Below are positions 1 through 10,802 of a DNA stretch of 64,000 nucleotides, one piece after another (the first letter of the stretch is position 1; every line of letters starts with the position of its first letter). The DNA lies in NCBI RefSeq assembly GCF_052425735.1, contig NC_135767.1, positions 7,998,001 through 8,062,000 on the forward strand, given 5' to 3'. Both the position numbers and the translations under genes were made by a program. A model generated the notes under the pieces. That model did not search any database, was not told the DNA's origin, and worked only from the letters and a program-made list of their open reading frames with translations. Source of the stretch: Oculina patagonica (taxonomy: Eukaryota).

Positions 1-127
1 ACATGGATGCTATGACGCTAAGAATCAAAAGAAACTAACACAAATCCAAATTTTGGGGTACTGAGTAGCCTGTCAATATACAACTGCCATGAAATCATTA
101 AGCCGCATGAGTCAACACTTAATGCAG

Positions 128-215
128 CACAATTCTGGGAAAAGTCACAATTCCAGGAAAATCACAATTCTAGGAAAAGTCACATTTCTAGGAAAATCAC
201 AATTCTAGGAAATGT
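128..215. repeat. Minisatellite: five 17-18 bp units CACAATTCTAGGAAAA(G)T, each containing TTCN3GAA
   Basis: Units at 128-145, 146-162, 163-180, 181-197 and 198-215, read directly from the sequence. Confidence 0.9.
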
Positions 216-291
216 TACATACATTTATGTTTAAATTTCTTGAGTCCCCGTTCCAAACAGTAAACTACGAACAGCAGCACCTCCTTTGTAG

Positions 292-1095
292 CTAATAACA
301 CAGAATTGGACATTGCCAGTTTGCCTCATCCCACAGATAGCGAATCTCCAACGTGGAGAGAATTATTGCAATGCCATTCTTGGCGATGAAGATAGACTCA
401 TCTTTGCCATATTTAAAGTAAACAAACACACGAACGATCAGGAATACCAAGTTGACGCAAACCATCTCCACTGCACTGCGTATTAATGATGTTTTCTTGC
501 GAACCGTCGGTTTTCCGCCGTTAAATTTGTTCTCTGCCATTTGCCAAATCGACAACAACAGACTGAAACATGCCACTACCACCATAGCTATTCCGACGCT
601 TTTCGATATTCCTACGGCATGTTCCTTTTCCTCCAATATAATGTCTAACATTTCCACAACATCTAGGAGATCAATGGCCATCTGGACTGATGATTTGGAC
701 ACTAGCTCTCTGTGTTTGTCAGATTCTTGCGAATCGTCTGCAGTGTTCAGCAACAGTATCAGAAGAACTGGCGTAATGCAAAGAACCATCTTCAAAGTAT
801 TTGGACCAAGGAAATTTTCTTTGTCGATGCCGTCTACGACGAATCCAAATATCAGGATAATGTTAGCTAATAAACCAATGATATACAAGCCCCAGACATA
901 AACCCATCGCCGAAGATCCGCTTCACGTAGAACCATCAAACAGATCCAGATAATTACTACTGGGACATACCAAGCAAACATAAAGAACCAGATGGTGTCT
1001 TTGTACTTGGCTGGGTAAGATGCTAGGAAACCGCACTGAGTTGCTAACAGAGCAAAAAATAGTAGACGTCCTCCCCATTTAACAAACGAAGCCAT
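292..1095 (-). CDS. TMEM121: CECR6/TMEM121-family multi-pass membrane protein, copy 1 (267 aa, intronless)
   Basis: Likely start MASFVKWGGRLL at 1095, by alignment to the paralogs. About six hydrophobic segments. Motifs FLGPNTLK, AIDLLDVVEML and SIFIAKN resemble the TMEM121/CECR6 family. The symbol is family-level only. Confidence 0.85.
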   Translation of the reverse strand: MASFVKWGGRLLFFALLATQCGFLASYPAKYKDTIWFFMFAWYVPVVIIWICLMVLREADLRRWVYVWGLYIIGLLANIILIFGFVVDGIDKENFLGPNTLKMVLCITPVLLILLLNTADDSQESDKHRELVSKSSVQMAIDLLDVVEMLDIILEEKEHAVGISKSVGIAMVVVACFSLLLSIWQMAENKFNGGKPTVRKKTSLIRSAVEMVCVNLVFLIVRVFVYFKYGKDESIFIAKNGIAIILSTLEIRYLWDEANWQCPILCY

Positions 1096-1184
1096 GAGTG
1101 GAGACTTAAGATTTTCTGCCGAGAACTTTACACCGAAGAAAGTGACTGTCTGAGAATGAAAACATAAAAAGCTGAGCAAGGCGC

Positions 1185-1800
1185 CTTTATAAACGAAGCT
1201 ATAACCAATCAGAGGCTGCCATTTGTGAAAACGAGGCATTGTCTAAGAGGGACATTCCCGAATATATTTCGCAATGTAATCTTAAATATCAAGGTTAAAT
1301 AAGTGAGATGGGAAGAACCCCCGTTTTATTTGTTCCCCTTCTTGAATATATACGTCAATCATTCCATTTAATAAAGGGGGAATTACCTAAAATACCTAAA
1401 ATGTGGCATATGCAAATCTCTTCTCGGAAACGGACGCCACATGCCGTTTTCATAGATTTCTCGGAAAGATTAAAGTATTTTCCGAAGCCCTCTGCAAGAT
1501 TTTTTTCCAATATTTTTAAGTACGTTACCTAAAACTGCAGAAATAGTTTATTTTGAATCTTATCGTGGCCTTAGATACAAGGAACTGTTGAACTGCGATT
1601 TGCTGCAGAATCGATTTCTTTTAATATTTTTTATGTGCTAACAAAACCAGCTGCCTTTTTGTAAACTGTTTGTATATGTTGCCTTCTCAAATTTAAGGGT
1701 AAGACCCTTTTGAAATATTTTCATTTTCACCACCTAAAAGTGATGTGTCGCTACCTCATTGGCTATCTGTGTTTACGTATCGTGGCATATATATAAAAAG
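1185..1800. promoter_or_regulatory. Divergent promoter region with TATA, CCAAT, kB-like, octamer and GAS motifs
   Basis: Minus-strand TATAAAG at about 1185-1191 and CCAAT at 1205-1209. GGGACATTCC 1249-1258, GGGAATTACC 1378-1387, ATGCAAAT 1410-1417, TTCTCGGAA 1421-1429 and 1458-1466, ISRE-like TTTCATTTTC 1719-1728. Plus-strand ATTGG about 1758 and TATAAAA about 1792-1799. Confidence 0.55.
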
Positions 1801-1864
1801 TATCATCAAGCTTTTTTCCCATTAGTAAGCACATTTTGCTTGCGACGTTTCTCAATCCAAAGAC

Positions 1865-2653
1865 ATGGTTTCGTTTGCTAAGTGCTGTAAGTGGGTAGCG
1901 CGTGCAGCTTTTTTCGCCCTGATAATAATTCAGTGCTTCTTTCTTGCTGCATATCCGGCCGAATACAAAGATAATTCCAACTGGTATGTTTTGGCTACTT
2001 CGTTTGGCCCAGCAGTTATCGTATGGCTCTGCCTCATTACCAACCAAGCAAAACTTCGCCGGTTGTTCTATGTTTGGGATTTGTACATTATCTGTGCTTT
2101 GATACCCAACATTGCCATCATATTTATCGGTGTCGGAGACAGCATCGACAAGAACAGGTTTCTTGGCCCGAATACTCTGAAGGCGGTTCTGTGCATCACA
2201 CCACTTCTCCTTCTACTGTTGCTCCACACTGCAGACGATTCGGATCAAAATGACGAATACAGAGAAGTAGTGTCCAAGTTGTCCTATCAGATAGCTATTG
2301 ATCTCTTCGATGCTGTGGACATGATAGACATTGTCTTGGAAGAAATCGAACACGACTATGGAATTCCGAAGGGTTTCGGAGCATTGATGATCGTACTGGC
2401 ATGCGTCACATTTCTGTTTTCTGCATGGCAACTGGCGGAAAACAAACTGGCCGGAGGAGAAGCGAAGATTCGTTTTCGAACAGCAATTTGGCGCAACATT
2501 GTGGAGATTGTTCTCGTCAATTTACCTTTCTTGATTATTCGCGCAGTGGTTTTCTTCAAATATGGCAAAGATGAGTCCATCTTCATTGCGAAAAATGGCA
2601 TCGCGATAATACTGTCCTTGTTAGAGATTCGCCATATTTGTGCTTCACGTTAG
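1865..2653 (+). CDS. TMEM121: CECR6/TMEM121-family membrane protein, copy 2 (262 aa)
   Basis: Intact ORF with FLGPNTLK, AIDLFDAVDM and GKDESIFIAKN. TATA box upstream; AATAAA at 2960-2965. Confidence 0.88.
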   Translation: MVSFAKCCKWVARAAFFALIIIQCFFLAAYPAEYKDNSNWYVLATSFGPAVIVWLCLITNQAKLRRLFYVWDLYIICALIPNIAIIFIGVGDSIDKNRFLGPNTLKAVLCITPLLLLLLLHTADDSDQNDEYREVVSKLSYQIAIDLFDAVDMIDIVLEEIEHDYGIPKGFGALMIVLACVTFLFSAWQLAENKLAGGEAKIRFRTAIWRNIVEIVLVNLPFLIIRAVVFFKYGKDESIFIAKNGIAIILSLLEIRHICASR

Positions 2654-3728
2654 CAACCAGCTAAGATTTGTCTGATCAATGTATTACTGATAAAAGTGAA
2701 CATTGAACATTGAACTACCGAGGAACTCATGCCTGAGAAGTATACATGTGAACACGTAAACCTGCTTGGAAACAAATACTTTTAGAGCTAGGACGATAAT
2801 TTTGTCATCAGTCAGCTACTAAAGACAACTTAAATAGCTTGCGTTTCCCTTAATCTTTTGAGGCGATCCGGCCACATCTGTTACTGTTAAATTGATCTGA
2901 TAGTGCATAGCTTCACTGCTTAAATGTGGTCTCAACAAATTTTATTCAGTCGTTGAAGGAATAAACTTAATTTGCACCTTGTATTCATAAGTGTTGTTTT
3001 TGTGTCCTGCAAGAGCATCTTTAAAGTATTAAGTCCCTTAAAAAGCCCTTGCTCCAGGGCTTTGGGCAAAAATAGTGGGGCTTCAGACTGTGGCTTCGAC
3101 CCCAGTTAGCTACTAATTACTTAAGGATCCAAAATATCAATCTGTTGTAAGGAAATTCCCTCAGTGTCACCAGAAAGCCAAGACGTTTTGAGAATGGTGA
3201 ATTTAATTTATTGCTGTACATCTAAGTGTATTCATAACTAATTAGAATGAAGCAAATATACGAGTGCGATTATTTATGGTATCTGGGTATGAAACGATAT
3301 TTTTCACTCTAATACTGCATTAGGTAATACACATAAAGTACGTAACACTCATTTATGGAAGATAAATAGATTAGTTTTTTAACGGTCCCATGCTATAATA
3401 AGCATGATCTAAAAGTGGCCATGATTTAAAGTTTTCTTTCGTAAAGATTTCTCGAAAGGGAAATTTTAAGTTACAAGGAAATTATTATTAACATTAAATT
3501 ATCAACTCAATATACTGTTGTCTGTACCTAATGAAGTTAGGATGTGTTAATAATGTTATGGACACGCGTGACAACATAGGGCTGTATTCTGCGTGTAATA
3601 GTGGAAATAAAATGTGAAAAAAAGCTTCCTTTTGCCTAGTTCTGCTGGCGTTATTTTCACTGGGAAAAGCTATTTATTGTTGCAATTAAATAAAAATTCA
3701 AATTTGTGACAAAGCAAATCGTTTTAGT

Positions 3729-3879
3729 TATAAAGGTCACTGACACAAGACAAATTTCTCAGAAATATGAATGTTCCAGAAACAATGTATGACGTCATAC
3801 TTTAAGAGTAAAGTCTTTTGTTATTTTCAAATTAGCTTTTCTCGGAAGACAACATTGTTTATTATTCGTTTTCTTGGAA
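3729..3879 (+). promoter_or_regulatory. Motif cluster upstream of copy 3: TATA-like, three GAS motifs and a CRE
   Basis: TATAAAG about 3729, TTCTCAGAA 3756-3764, TGACGTCA 3790-3797, TTCTCGGAA 3839-3847, TTCTTGGAA 3871-3879. Further upstream, GGGAATTTCC on the minus strand at 3151-3160. Confidence 0.5.
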
Positions 3880-3985
3880 ACACCGTGCTTAGGCTTAGCA
3901 TACAGGAATGGTATTACTTTAATCAAGGTATTATTAAACCTTGTGTATTATATTGCAGAACACGCATTGTATAAGGGTTAGCATT

Positions 3986-4783
3986 ATGGCTTTATGGCTA
4001 GTTGGGATTGGACGACTCATTTTCTTCGGCTTGGTAATCATTCAAGCCGTTTCCCTGTCTTCATATCCTGCAGAGTATAAACACGATCGTGGCTTCTATG
4101 GACTACTTGTCCTTTATCTCCCTGCTCTCGCACTTTGGATTTATATCATTTGCAATGACAAACATTTGCAGTGGATATTTGCAGTTTGGACATGTTATAT
4201 CGCTGGATTGGTCATCTTCATCGCGATCATCTTTGGTGGAAATGAACCAATCGAGGACAAACTCGACAAAGAAAAGTTTTTCGGTCCAAACATTTTAAAG
4301 ATGACACTTTGTTTAGCCCCGCTAATTCTGTTGCTTCTGCTTAGCACGGGAACCGATTCGATGGTCTACAGGGAGTTGATCTGGAAGTTGTCTCTGCGAA
4401 TGGCACTAGATCTTTTTGATGGAGTGGAAATGTTGGAAGTTATCATCGAAGAAAATGAAGTTAGCCATGAAGTTCCAAGGAGCTTTGAAAAAGCCATACT
4501 TGCCTTTGTTTGTATCAGCTTCTTGCTGTCGCCATTGCAGCTGATAGAGATCAAGCTGAGACGTTTCAGCGGCGATTGGAAAACTCGCACATGCCCAGCC
4601 GCATTGCGAACAACCATCCAAGTCATCTGCGTCAACTGTGTGTTTCTGGGGCTTCGCCTGGATCTTTTTCTGAAGTATGGGAAAGATGCATCCATTTTTC
4701 TCGCTAAAAATGGCATTATAATTTTTCTTGGCCTTTTCGAGATATGTTCGGTCTGTGAATGTTGTGGCTGTGATGAATATTAA
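3986..4783 (+). CDS. TMEM121: CECR6/TMEM121-family membrane protein, copy 3 (265 aa, Cys-rich C-terminus)
   Basis: ATG at 3986 (MALWLVGIGRL) matches paralog starts. Motifs FFGPNILK, ALDLFDGVEML, GKDASIFLAKN; ends CSVCECCGCDEY. Confidence 0.88.
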   Translation: MALWLVGIGRLIFFGLVIIQAVSLSSYPAEYKHDRGFYGLLVLYLPALALWIYIICNDKHLQWIFAVWTCYIAGLVIFIAIIFGGNEPIEDKLDKEKFFGPNILKMTLCLAPLILLLLLSTGTDSMVYRELIWKLSLRMALDLFDGVEMLEVIIEENEVSHEVPRSFEKAILAFVCISFLLSPLQLIEIKLRRFSGDWKTRTCPAALRTTIQVICVNCVFLGLRLDLFLKYGKDASIFLAKNGIIIFLGLFEICSVCECCGCDEY

Positions 4784-6230
4784 TGTAATGACTTTGCAGC
4801 CATGAGATGATAATTTTGTTTCGAGATCTGTAGGGAGCGTTTGTGTGTCAGAAAACGTATGTATAACCATAGCCATCTTTATGTGTTACACGTTATGAAT
4901 TCTTTTAGGAGAAAAGTATTGAGCCGTCTATTGTAAAGACTAAATGTTCAGTCCACGGTTTCATGCAGTAGCCCTTTCTATGGCGAGGAAATGTTTTGAA
5001 TGTAGATTTGTGTAACTGAGTCCCCTTATATTTTGTAACAACCATGTCCACGAGTAGAGAACTGTGCCAGAATCCACAACCAGAAATGTATGGCAGTTAT
5101 GAAGGAAAGACTTGTGTCCAGAGGGACAAGAAATCAGAAGTACACAAATTAAGGCACCTGAACTGATTTCGTGCAAATGTTCTTCAGTGGTCTTGCCGGT
5201 TTGACCGGTTTATTTGTACTGTTAATTTTTGATAAAATAACCAAGTTCCCTGTTTCAGATTGTAGCCGTTCTTTCACTCTTTCAAAAACTTAATAAAAAA
5301 TAAATGCTGTAACTAAAAGGCAGGGAGTGGCCACAGACAAAATGCATCAGAAATCTGGCAGGCAGACTCAGTGCTATTTTGATAGTGCAATTGCAATTCC
5401 TTAAACTTAGTTAACTGGCCTTCCTCCGTGATCGTTACCCTTTGTTTCATGGGAGAATTTCTTTATCTTAACGACAAAGGAGTTAAATGCAAATCAACTC
5501 AGTGCGTCAGAGGTGAGAAGCCGGGCGCATTTAAGCCTTCAGTACCAGACGGGAAAAAAAAGTACTGTGCACAGTGGAGCTTTGCCCAGCTATCAGATTT
5601 ATTATTATGAAATAACCTTTTCATTTTGTTTTGATAAAGCTATAGCATGCACCATTCGTGGCGTAACTAATTTTAACCCCTTGCCTACCAGAGCCAAACA
5701 CACTAAGCAACCGGCGGCCATATTGGACTCATATTGAATTATTAATAAGATTCAAAATTTGCTAAGCAATGGCATCTTTTCAAGTAAAGTACACCTAGAT
5801 TAAGCATTTAAAATGTATTCCAATCTCTTTTCCGCATTCTCTTACTGTACAGTTGCCTCGTATAGCTCCCTAGCTAACACCTTGACCATGTGCATTTGGA
5901 GGTTTAATTTCTTCGATCGATCAAAACTTCTTCTTCATCGCCAGCTTCTTCTTCTTTTTGTTTAGACTATTGAGAATCTGAGTGACTTGGCACAAATTCG
6001 CTGTGACTTAAATCACTTACATCAAAGTCGCGTTCCCCCAATTTTTTATCTGTTTCCCTTCTGCCTTTACCCACACGAGCCGCCTAACTTGTCTGAACGA
6101 AAAGCAATTTTATTGGGTCAGCAGTCTTTTGAAAGTAGTGCCAGCCCTTTCTCAACAACCGGGGATGATTTATTCAAGGCAGGCTCTCAGTAATGCCGTT
6201 GCCGGTCGTTGCGTGATAACAGATTCAATC

Positions 6231-6582
6231 GGGGAATCCCCTAAATTACCTAAAATGTGGCATATGCAAATTTTTTTTCTCGGAAGCAGAGTCCACGTGC
6301 CGTTTTCACTAATTTCTCGGAAAGAAAAATTCAAAGCGCTTTACGTATTCAAATCGTATCGTGGTCTTTGATACAAAAACTGTTGAAATATGCCATCCGA
6401 TTTGCCGCATTGATCACGTTTATACACATGATGTCATTCGTAAACTCTTACTATGTTGCATTCTTAATTTAAGGGTAAGTCCCTTTTGAAATATATTCAT
6501 TTTCACTACCTAAAAGCGAGGTGTCGCTACCTCATTGGCTATCTGTTGGCTATCTGTGTTTACGTATCGTGGCATATAAAAA
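6231..6582 (+). promoter_or_regulatory. Promoter of copy 4 with kB, octamer, two GAS, CCAAT and TATA motifs
   Basis: GGGGAATCCCC 6231-6241, ATGCAAAT 6264-6271, TTCTCGGAA 6277-6285 and 6314-6322, GGGTAAGTCCC 6473-6483, ATTGG about 6534, TATAAAA about 6576. Confidence 0.55.
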
Positions 6583-6647
6583 GTAGCATCAAGCTTTTTC
6601 CCCATAAGTAAGCACATTTTGCTTGCGACGTTTATCAATCCAAAGAC

Positions 6648-7436
6648 ATGGTTTCGTTTACTAAGTGCTGTAAGTGGGTAGCGCGTGCAGTTTTTTTCGC
6701 CCTGATTATAATTCAGTGCTTCTTCCTTGCTGCATATCCAGCCGAATACGAAGATAATTCCAACTGGTATGTTTTGGCTACTTCATTTGGCCCAGCAGTT
6801 GTCGTGTGGCTCTGCCTCATTGCCAACAAAGCAAAACTTCGCCGGTTGTTTTATGTCTGGGATTTGTACATTATCTGTGCCTTGATACCCAACATTGCCA
6901 TCGTATTTATCGGTGTCGGAGACAGCATCGACAAGAACAAGTTCCTTGGCCCAAATACTCTGAAGGCAGTTCTGTGTATCACACCACTTCTCCTTCTACT
7001 GTTGCTGCACACTGCAGACGACTCGGATCAAAATGACGAATACAAAGAAGTAGTGTCCAAGTTGTCATATCAGATGGCTATTGATCTCTTCGATGCTGTG
7101 GACATGATAGACATTGTCTTGGAAGAAATCGAACACGACTATGGAATTCCGAAGGGATTCGGAGCATTGATGATCGTACTAGCATGCGTCACATTTCTGT
7201 TTTCTACATGGCAACTGGCAGAAAACAAACTGACCGGAGGAGAAGCGAAGATTCGTTTTCGAACAGCAATTTGGCGCAACATTTTGGAGATTGTTCTCGT
7301 CAATTTACCTTTCTTGATTATTCGCGCAGTAGTTTTGTTCAAATATGGCAAAGATGAGTCCATCTTCATTGCCAAGAATGGCATCGCGATAATACTCTCC
7401 ATGTTAGAGATTCGCCATATTTGTGCTTCACGTTAG
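6648..7436 (+). CDS. TMEM121: CECR6/TMEM121-family membrane protein, copy 4 (262 aa; recent duplicate of copy 2)
   Basis: Intact ORF with about 15 mostly conservative amino acid differences from 1865-2653. AATAAA about 7736. Confidence 0.88.
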   Translation: MVSFTKCCKWVARAVFFALIIIQCFFLAAYPAEYEDNSNWYVLATSFGPAVVVWLCLIANKAKLRRLFYVWDLYIICALIPNIAIVFIGVGDSIDKNKFLGPNTLKAVLCITPLLLLLLLHTADDSDQNDEYKEVVSKLSYQMAIDLFDAVDMIDIVLEEIEHDYGIPKGFGALMIVLACVTFLFSTWQLAENKLTGGEAKIRFRTAIWRNILEIVLVNLPFLIIRAVVLFKYGKDESIFIAKNGIAIILSMLEIRHICASR

Positions 7437-9039
7437 CAACCAGCTAAGATTAGTCTGATCGACGTACTACCGACAAAAATGAACATTGAACTACCGAGGA
7501 ACTCATGCCTGAGAAATATACATGTGAAAATGCGAACCTGCTTGGAAACAAATCCTTTTGGGGGACAATAATTTCGTCATCAGTCAGCTACTATAGACAC
7601 CATATAGCTTGCGTTTTCCTTAATCTTTTAAGGCGATCCGGCCACATTTATTACTGATGAAATGATCTGATAGTACATAGCTTCATATCTTGCATGTGGT
7701 CTGAATTGAAACAGAATTTCTTTAGTCGTTAAAGGAATAAACTTATTTGGTTTCAAAGTGCTGTTTGTGTGACCAGCAAGAACATCTTTGAATATAAAGT
7801 CTTAAAAGAAGCCCTTGCTCTAGGACTTTGAGCAAAAGAAGTGGGGCTTCAGACTCTACCATACTCAGCTACTATTAAAGGATCCAACATGTCAATCTGT
7901 TGTAACGAAATTGTCTCAGTGTCACTAAAAAGTAATAAGCATGATCTGATAGTGGTCATGATTTCAAGTTTTTTTCTCGTGAAGATTTCTCGAAAGGGAA
8001 ATTTTAGGTTACAAGGAAATTATTATTAACATTAAGTAATCAACTAAATATACTGTTGTCTGTACCTAATAAAGTAAGGATGTGATAATAATGTTATGGA
8101 CACGCGTGACAACACAGGGCTGTATTCTGTATGTAATAGTGGAAATAAAATGTGAAAGAAAGTTTCCTTCTGCCTAGTTCTGTTGGCGTTTATTTTACTG
8201 GGAAAAGCTATCTATTGTTGCAGTTAAATAAAAATTCAAATCTGTGACAAAGCAAATCGTTAATTAGTTATAAAGGTCACTGACAGTAGACAGATTTCTT
8301 AGAAAAATGAATGTTCAAACATCATTGTATGACGTCATACTTTAAGAGTAAAGTCTTTTGTTATATTCAAATCAGCTTTTCTCGGAAGACAACATTAATT
8401 ATTATTCGTTTTCTTAGAAAGACCGTGCTTCAGCTTAGCATACAGTATTACTTTAATCAAGGAATTATCAACCCTTGTGTCCGGCAGAACACGCACCCGC
8501 AGTTTTGGTTGGTTTACTCTTTTTCTTCGGCTTGGTAATCATTCAAGCCTTAATACTTTTCCCTGTCTTCATATCCTGTAGAGTACGTATTAAATAGATT
8601 TAGCCAAGCCTAAAAGTGGAGCTCTTAAGTTTTTATTATTTTATGCGAAGTTTTTTTTATGTTAATGATGCAGAAACAACAGCAAATAATCAGTCAGGTA
8701 ATCAATCAAAAAGAAAATAATTGGCTAACAGTACTATTAGTTAGCAATCTGTGCAAAAACATAAGCCATGTACAGTTGTGACTTTAAAAAGGGGGTAAAC
8801 AGTATTTTTAGATCCAATTTTGCGGCAAAAGGGGCTATTATATAACTAAGACAGGGAAAATGAGTTAAAATGTGGTATGGTTAGGGCTACATACCACAGC
8901 TGGGTGGTTTAGCTACTTTGTGGCAAATAATTAGATATTCATATATGTTGCTTATCAACGTTTTCCTTTTCTCAAATATTTTTTCATCTTAATTAATAAG
9001 TGTCATGATGGGCTAGCATCCCATCCTAGGTGTACTAAA

Positions 9040-9347
9040 AAAAAAGGAAGCCTCAAGCCAACTGGCCCATACTGCCTGAGCTTATCCCGGTTTGATAGCA
9101 TTAAGCGCCTAGGAATATTTCCCCCTGAATGGGATGCTAGCCCATCGCAGGGTACCCCCCCACACACACACACACACACACACAGCATTATGTCGCTGGT
9201 ACCCATTTATACACCTGGGTGGAGAGAGGCACTATGAGAGTAAAGTGTCTTGCCCAAGAACACAACACAATGACCCCGGCCAGGCCTCGAACCTGGACCG
9301 CTCGATCCAGAGTCCAGCGCACTAACTATTAGGCCACTGGGCCTCCC
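9040..9347 (-). mobile_element. tRNA-derived SINE with Deu/Nin-like core
   Basis: Minus-strand head with A box TGGCCTAATAGTTAG and B box GGTTCGAGGCC; core TTCTTGGGCAAGACACTT...CCACCCAGGTGTATAAATGGGTACC. 12-bp TSD AGGTGTACTAAA at 9028-9039 and 9349-9360. Confidence 0.85.
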
Positions 9348-9774
9348 AAGGTGTACTAAATGGCAGGGTAATTAGGCCTATTTTCACCTGCTTCATGTAT
9401 AATTCTTTTAAAGTGATAATCTTGTTTTAAAATCTCTAAATGCATTTATAAAGAGATCACATCCTAACGTTTTTCTCTAGGGTGTGATGCAGGCCAGGGT
9501 TGCCAAAATTTTAACAGCAACAGACAGACAAATATTTGTGTTATGAATATTCCTGACTGCAATTTCAGCATTTACAGTATTTCAACATCTCATGACCTAT
9601 TCCATAATCATGATAGACTGTTCTGTTTGAATAAATAGGTCCTTCCTTATTGACACAATTGCCATTTATTAGCATCACACCCCCTCCATTTGTTAACTTC
9701 TTTTGAAGTTTATTCATCAGCCCATATTTCTGGTCCAGATCTTTTCATATGAAGGTAAAAAAAAGGTTCAGTCT

Positions 9775-9940
9775 GTATTCGCGCCTAGTGGACCATCAGC
9801 CAAGAGCTCATCCCGGTTTCAGAAGATGAAGTGACTAGGAGTATTTTTACTATTCCTGGATGGAATGCTTATCTATTATGGGGTTACCCCCCCCCCCCCA
9901 CACACACACACACACACACAGCATTAAACCATTAGGCCAC
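9775..9940 (-). mobile_element. Truncated copy of the same SINE family (tail part)
   Basis: Similar to 9050-9190 (agagctcatcccggtttc...ctaggagtattt...gggttacccc followed by CA repeats and cagcatta). Confidence 0.55.
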
Positions 9941-10802
9941 AGTGACTGCACCTCTCATAGCAAGGCCTTTAGATAAACAACTGAAATACTGAGTGAAAGT
10001 GATACAATCAAAGTCAGTTATAATCTATCAGGGTCAATCAGTCCTTTTACTATAATTTTTTTATTTTCTTACCTTTCCTTTGTTTGATATAACAAAATAA
10101 AATGATATGTTTTAACATAACTACTTTCAAAACTTCCAATAAGAGGTGGACATGGACGAGTTCTTACAGGAACATGTACTTTCTGTAACATGCACTGAGC
10201 ATTAAAACCACAAATAGTACATTGTATGATACCAAATTATTTTTTTTTTCACTCCAAATTAAAACCAATAAGCAAATTCTGTTTAATAGGAGCATTTGCT
10301 AGATTGCATGAAAACAAAAAAACAGTGTAAGAAATAGTTGATACAAAAATTGCTATTAAGGCATTCAGACTTTTTTATAGATGGCTTACAGAAGTTCAAC
10401 TCCAAGGCCATAAATAAATATTGTGCATCATTTCATCAACGTCATCTACCGGTATGTCTGTAAATAGAACAAAAGCAAGCAAACAATGCCATGTTAATAG
10501 CTGCAGAGTAACAAACACTCACAAAACACATGAACACTGAGTGGATGTTGTGTACAGCTGTAGTATATTCAATAATTGACCATAATTAAACTTAGCAAAA
10601 TTTTCTATTGAATGCTATACCACAAGATCCAAAGCCAGTTTTGAATGTTTTGGATTAAATGTTTGGTTTGTTTATTTATTTTTTTGAAACCAGTTTGATT
10701 TTCATTTCCCTTTGAATCAGATAATTTATGATAATGAATGTGAGACAAAGAAAGATAAAAAATACAAATAACCCTGTTTGCTTTTGTTGTTGTGTCCCCA
10801 TG

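Noticed and set aside
452-901. Antisense and off-frame ORFs over the TMEM121-like genes (also 2356-2601, 4366-4876, 32220-32591, 34438-34815)
   Set aside because: Shadow ORFs of the real coding frames, with no independent features.
1096-1239. 48-aa N-terminal extension of copy 1 in the ORF track
   Set aside because: It overlaps the TATA and CCAAT promoter motifs, and all paralogs start at the position equivalent to 1095.
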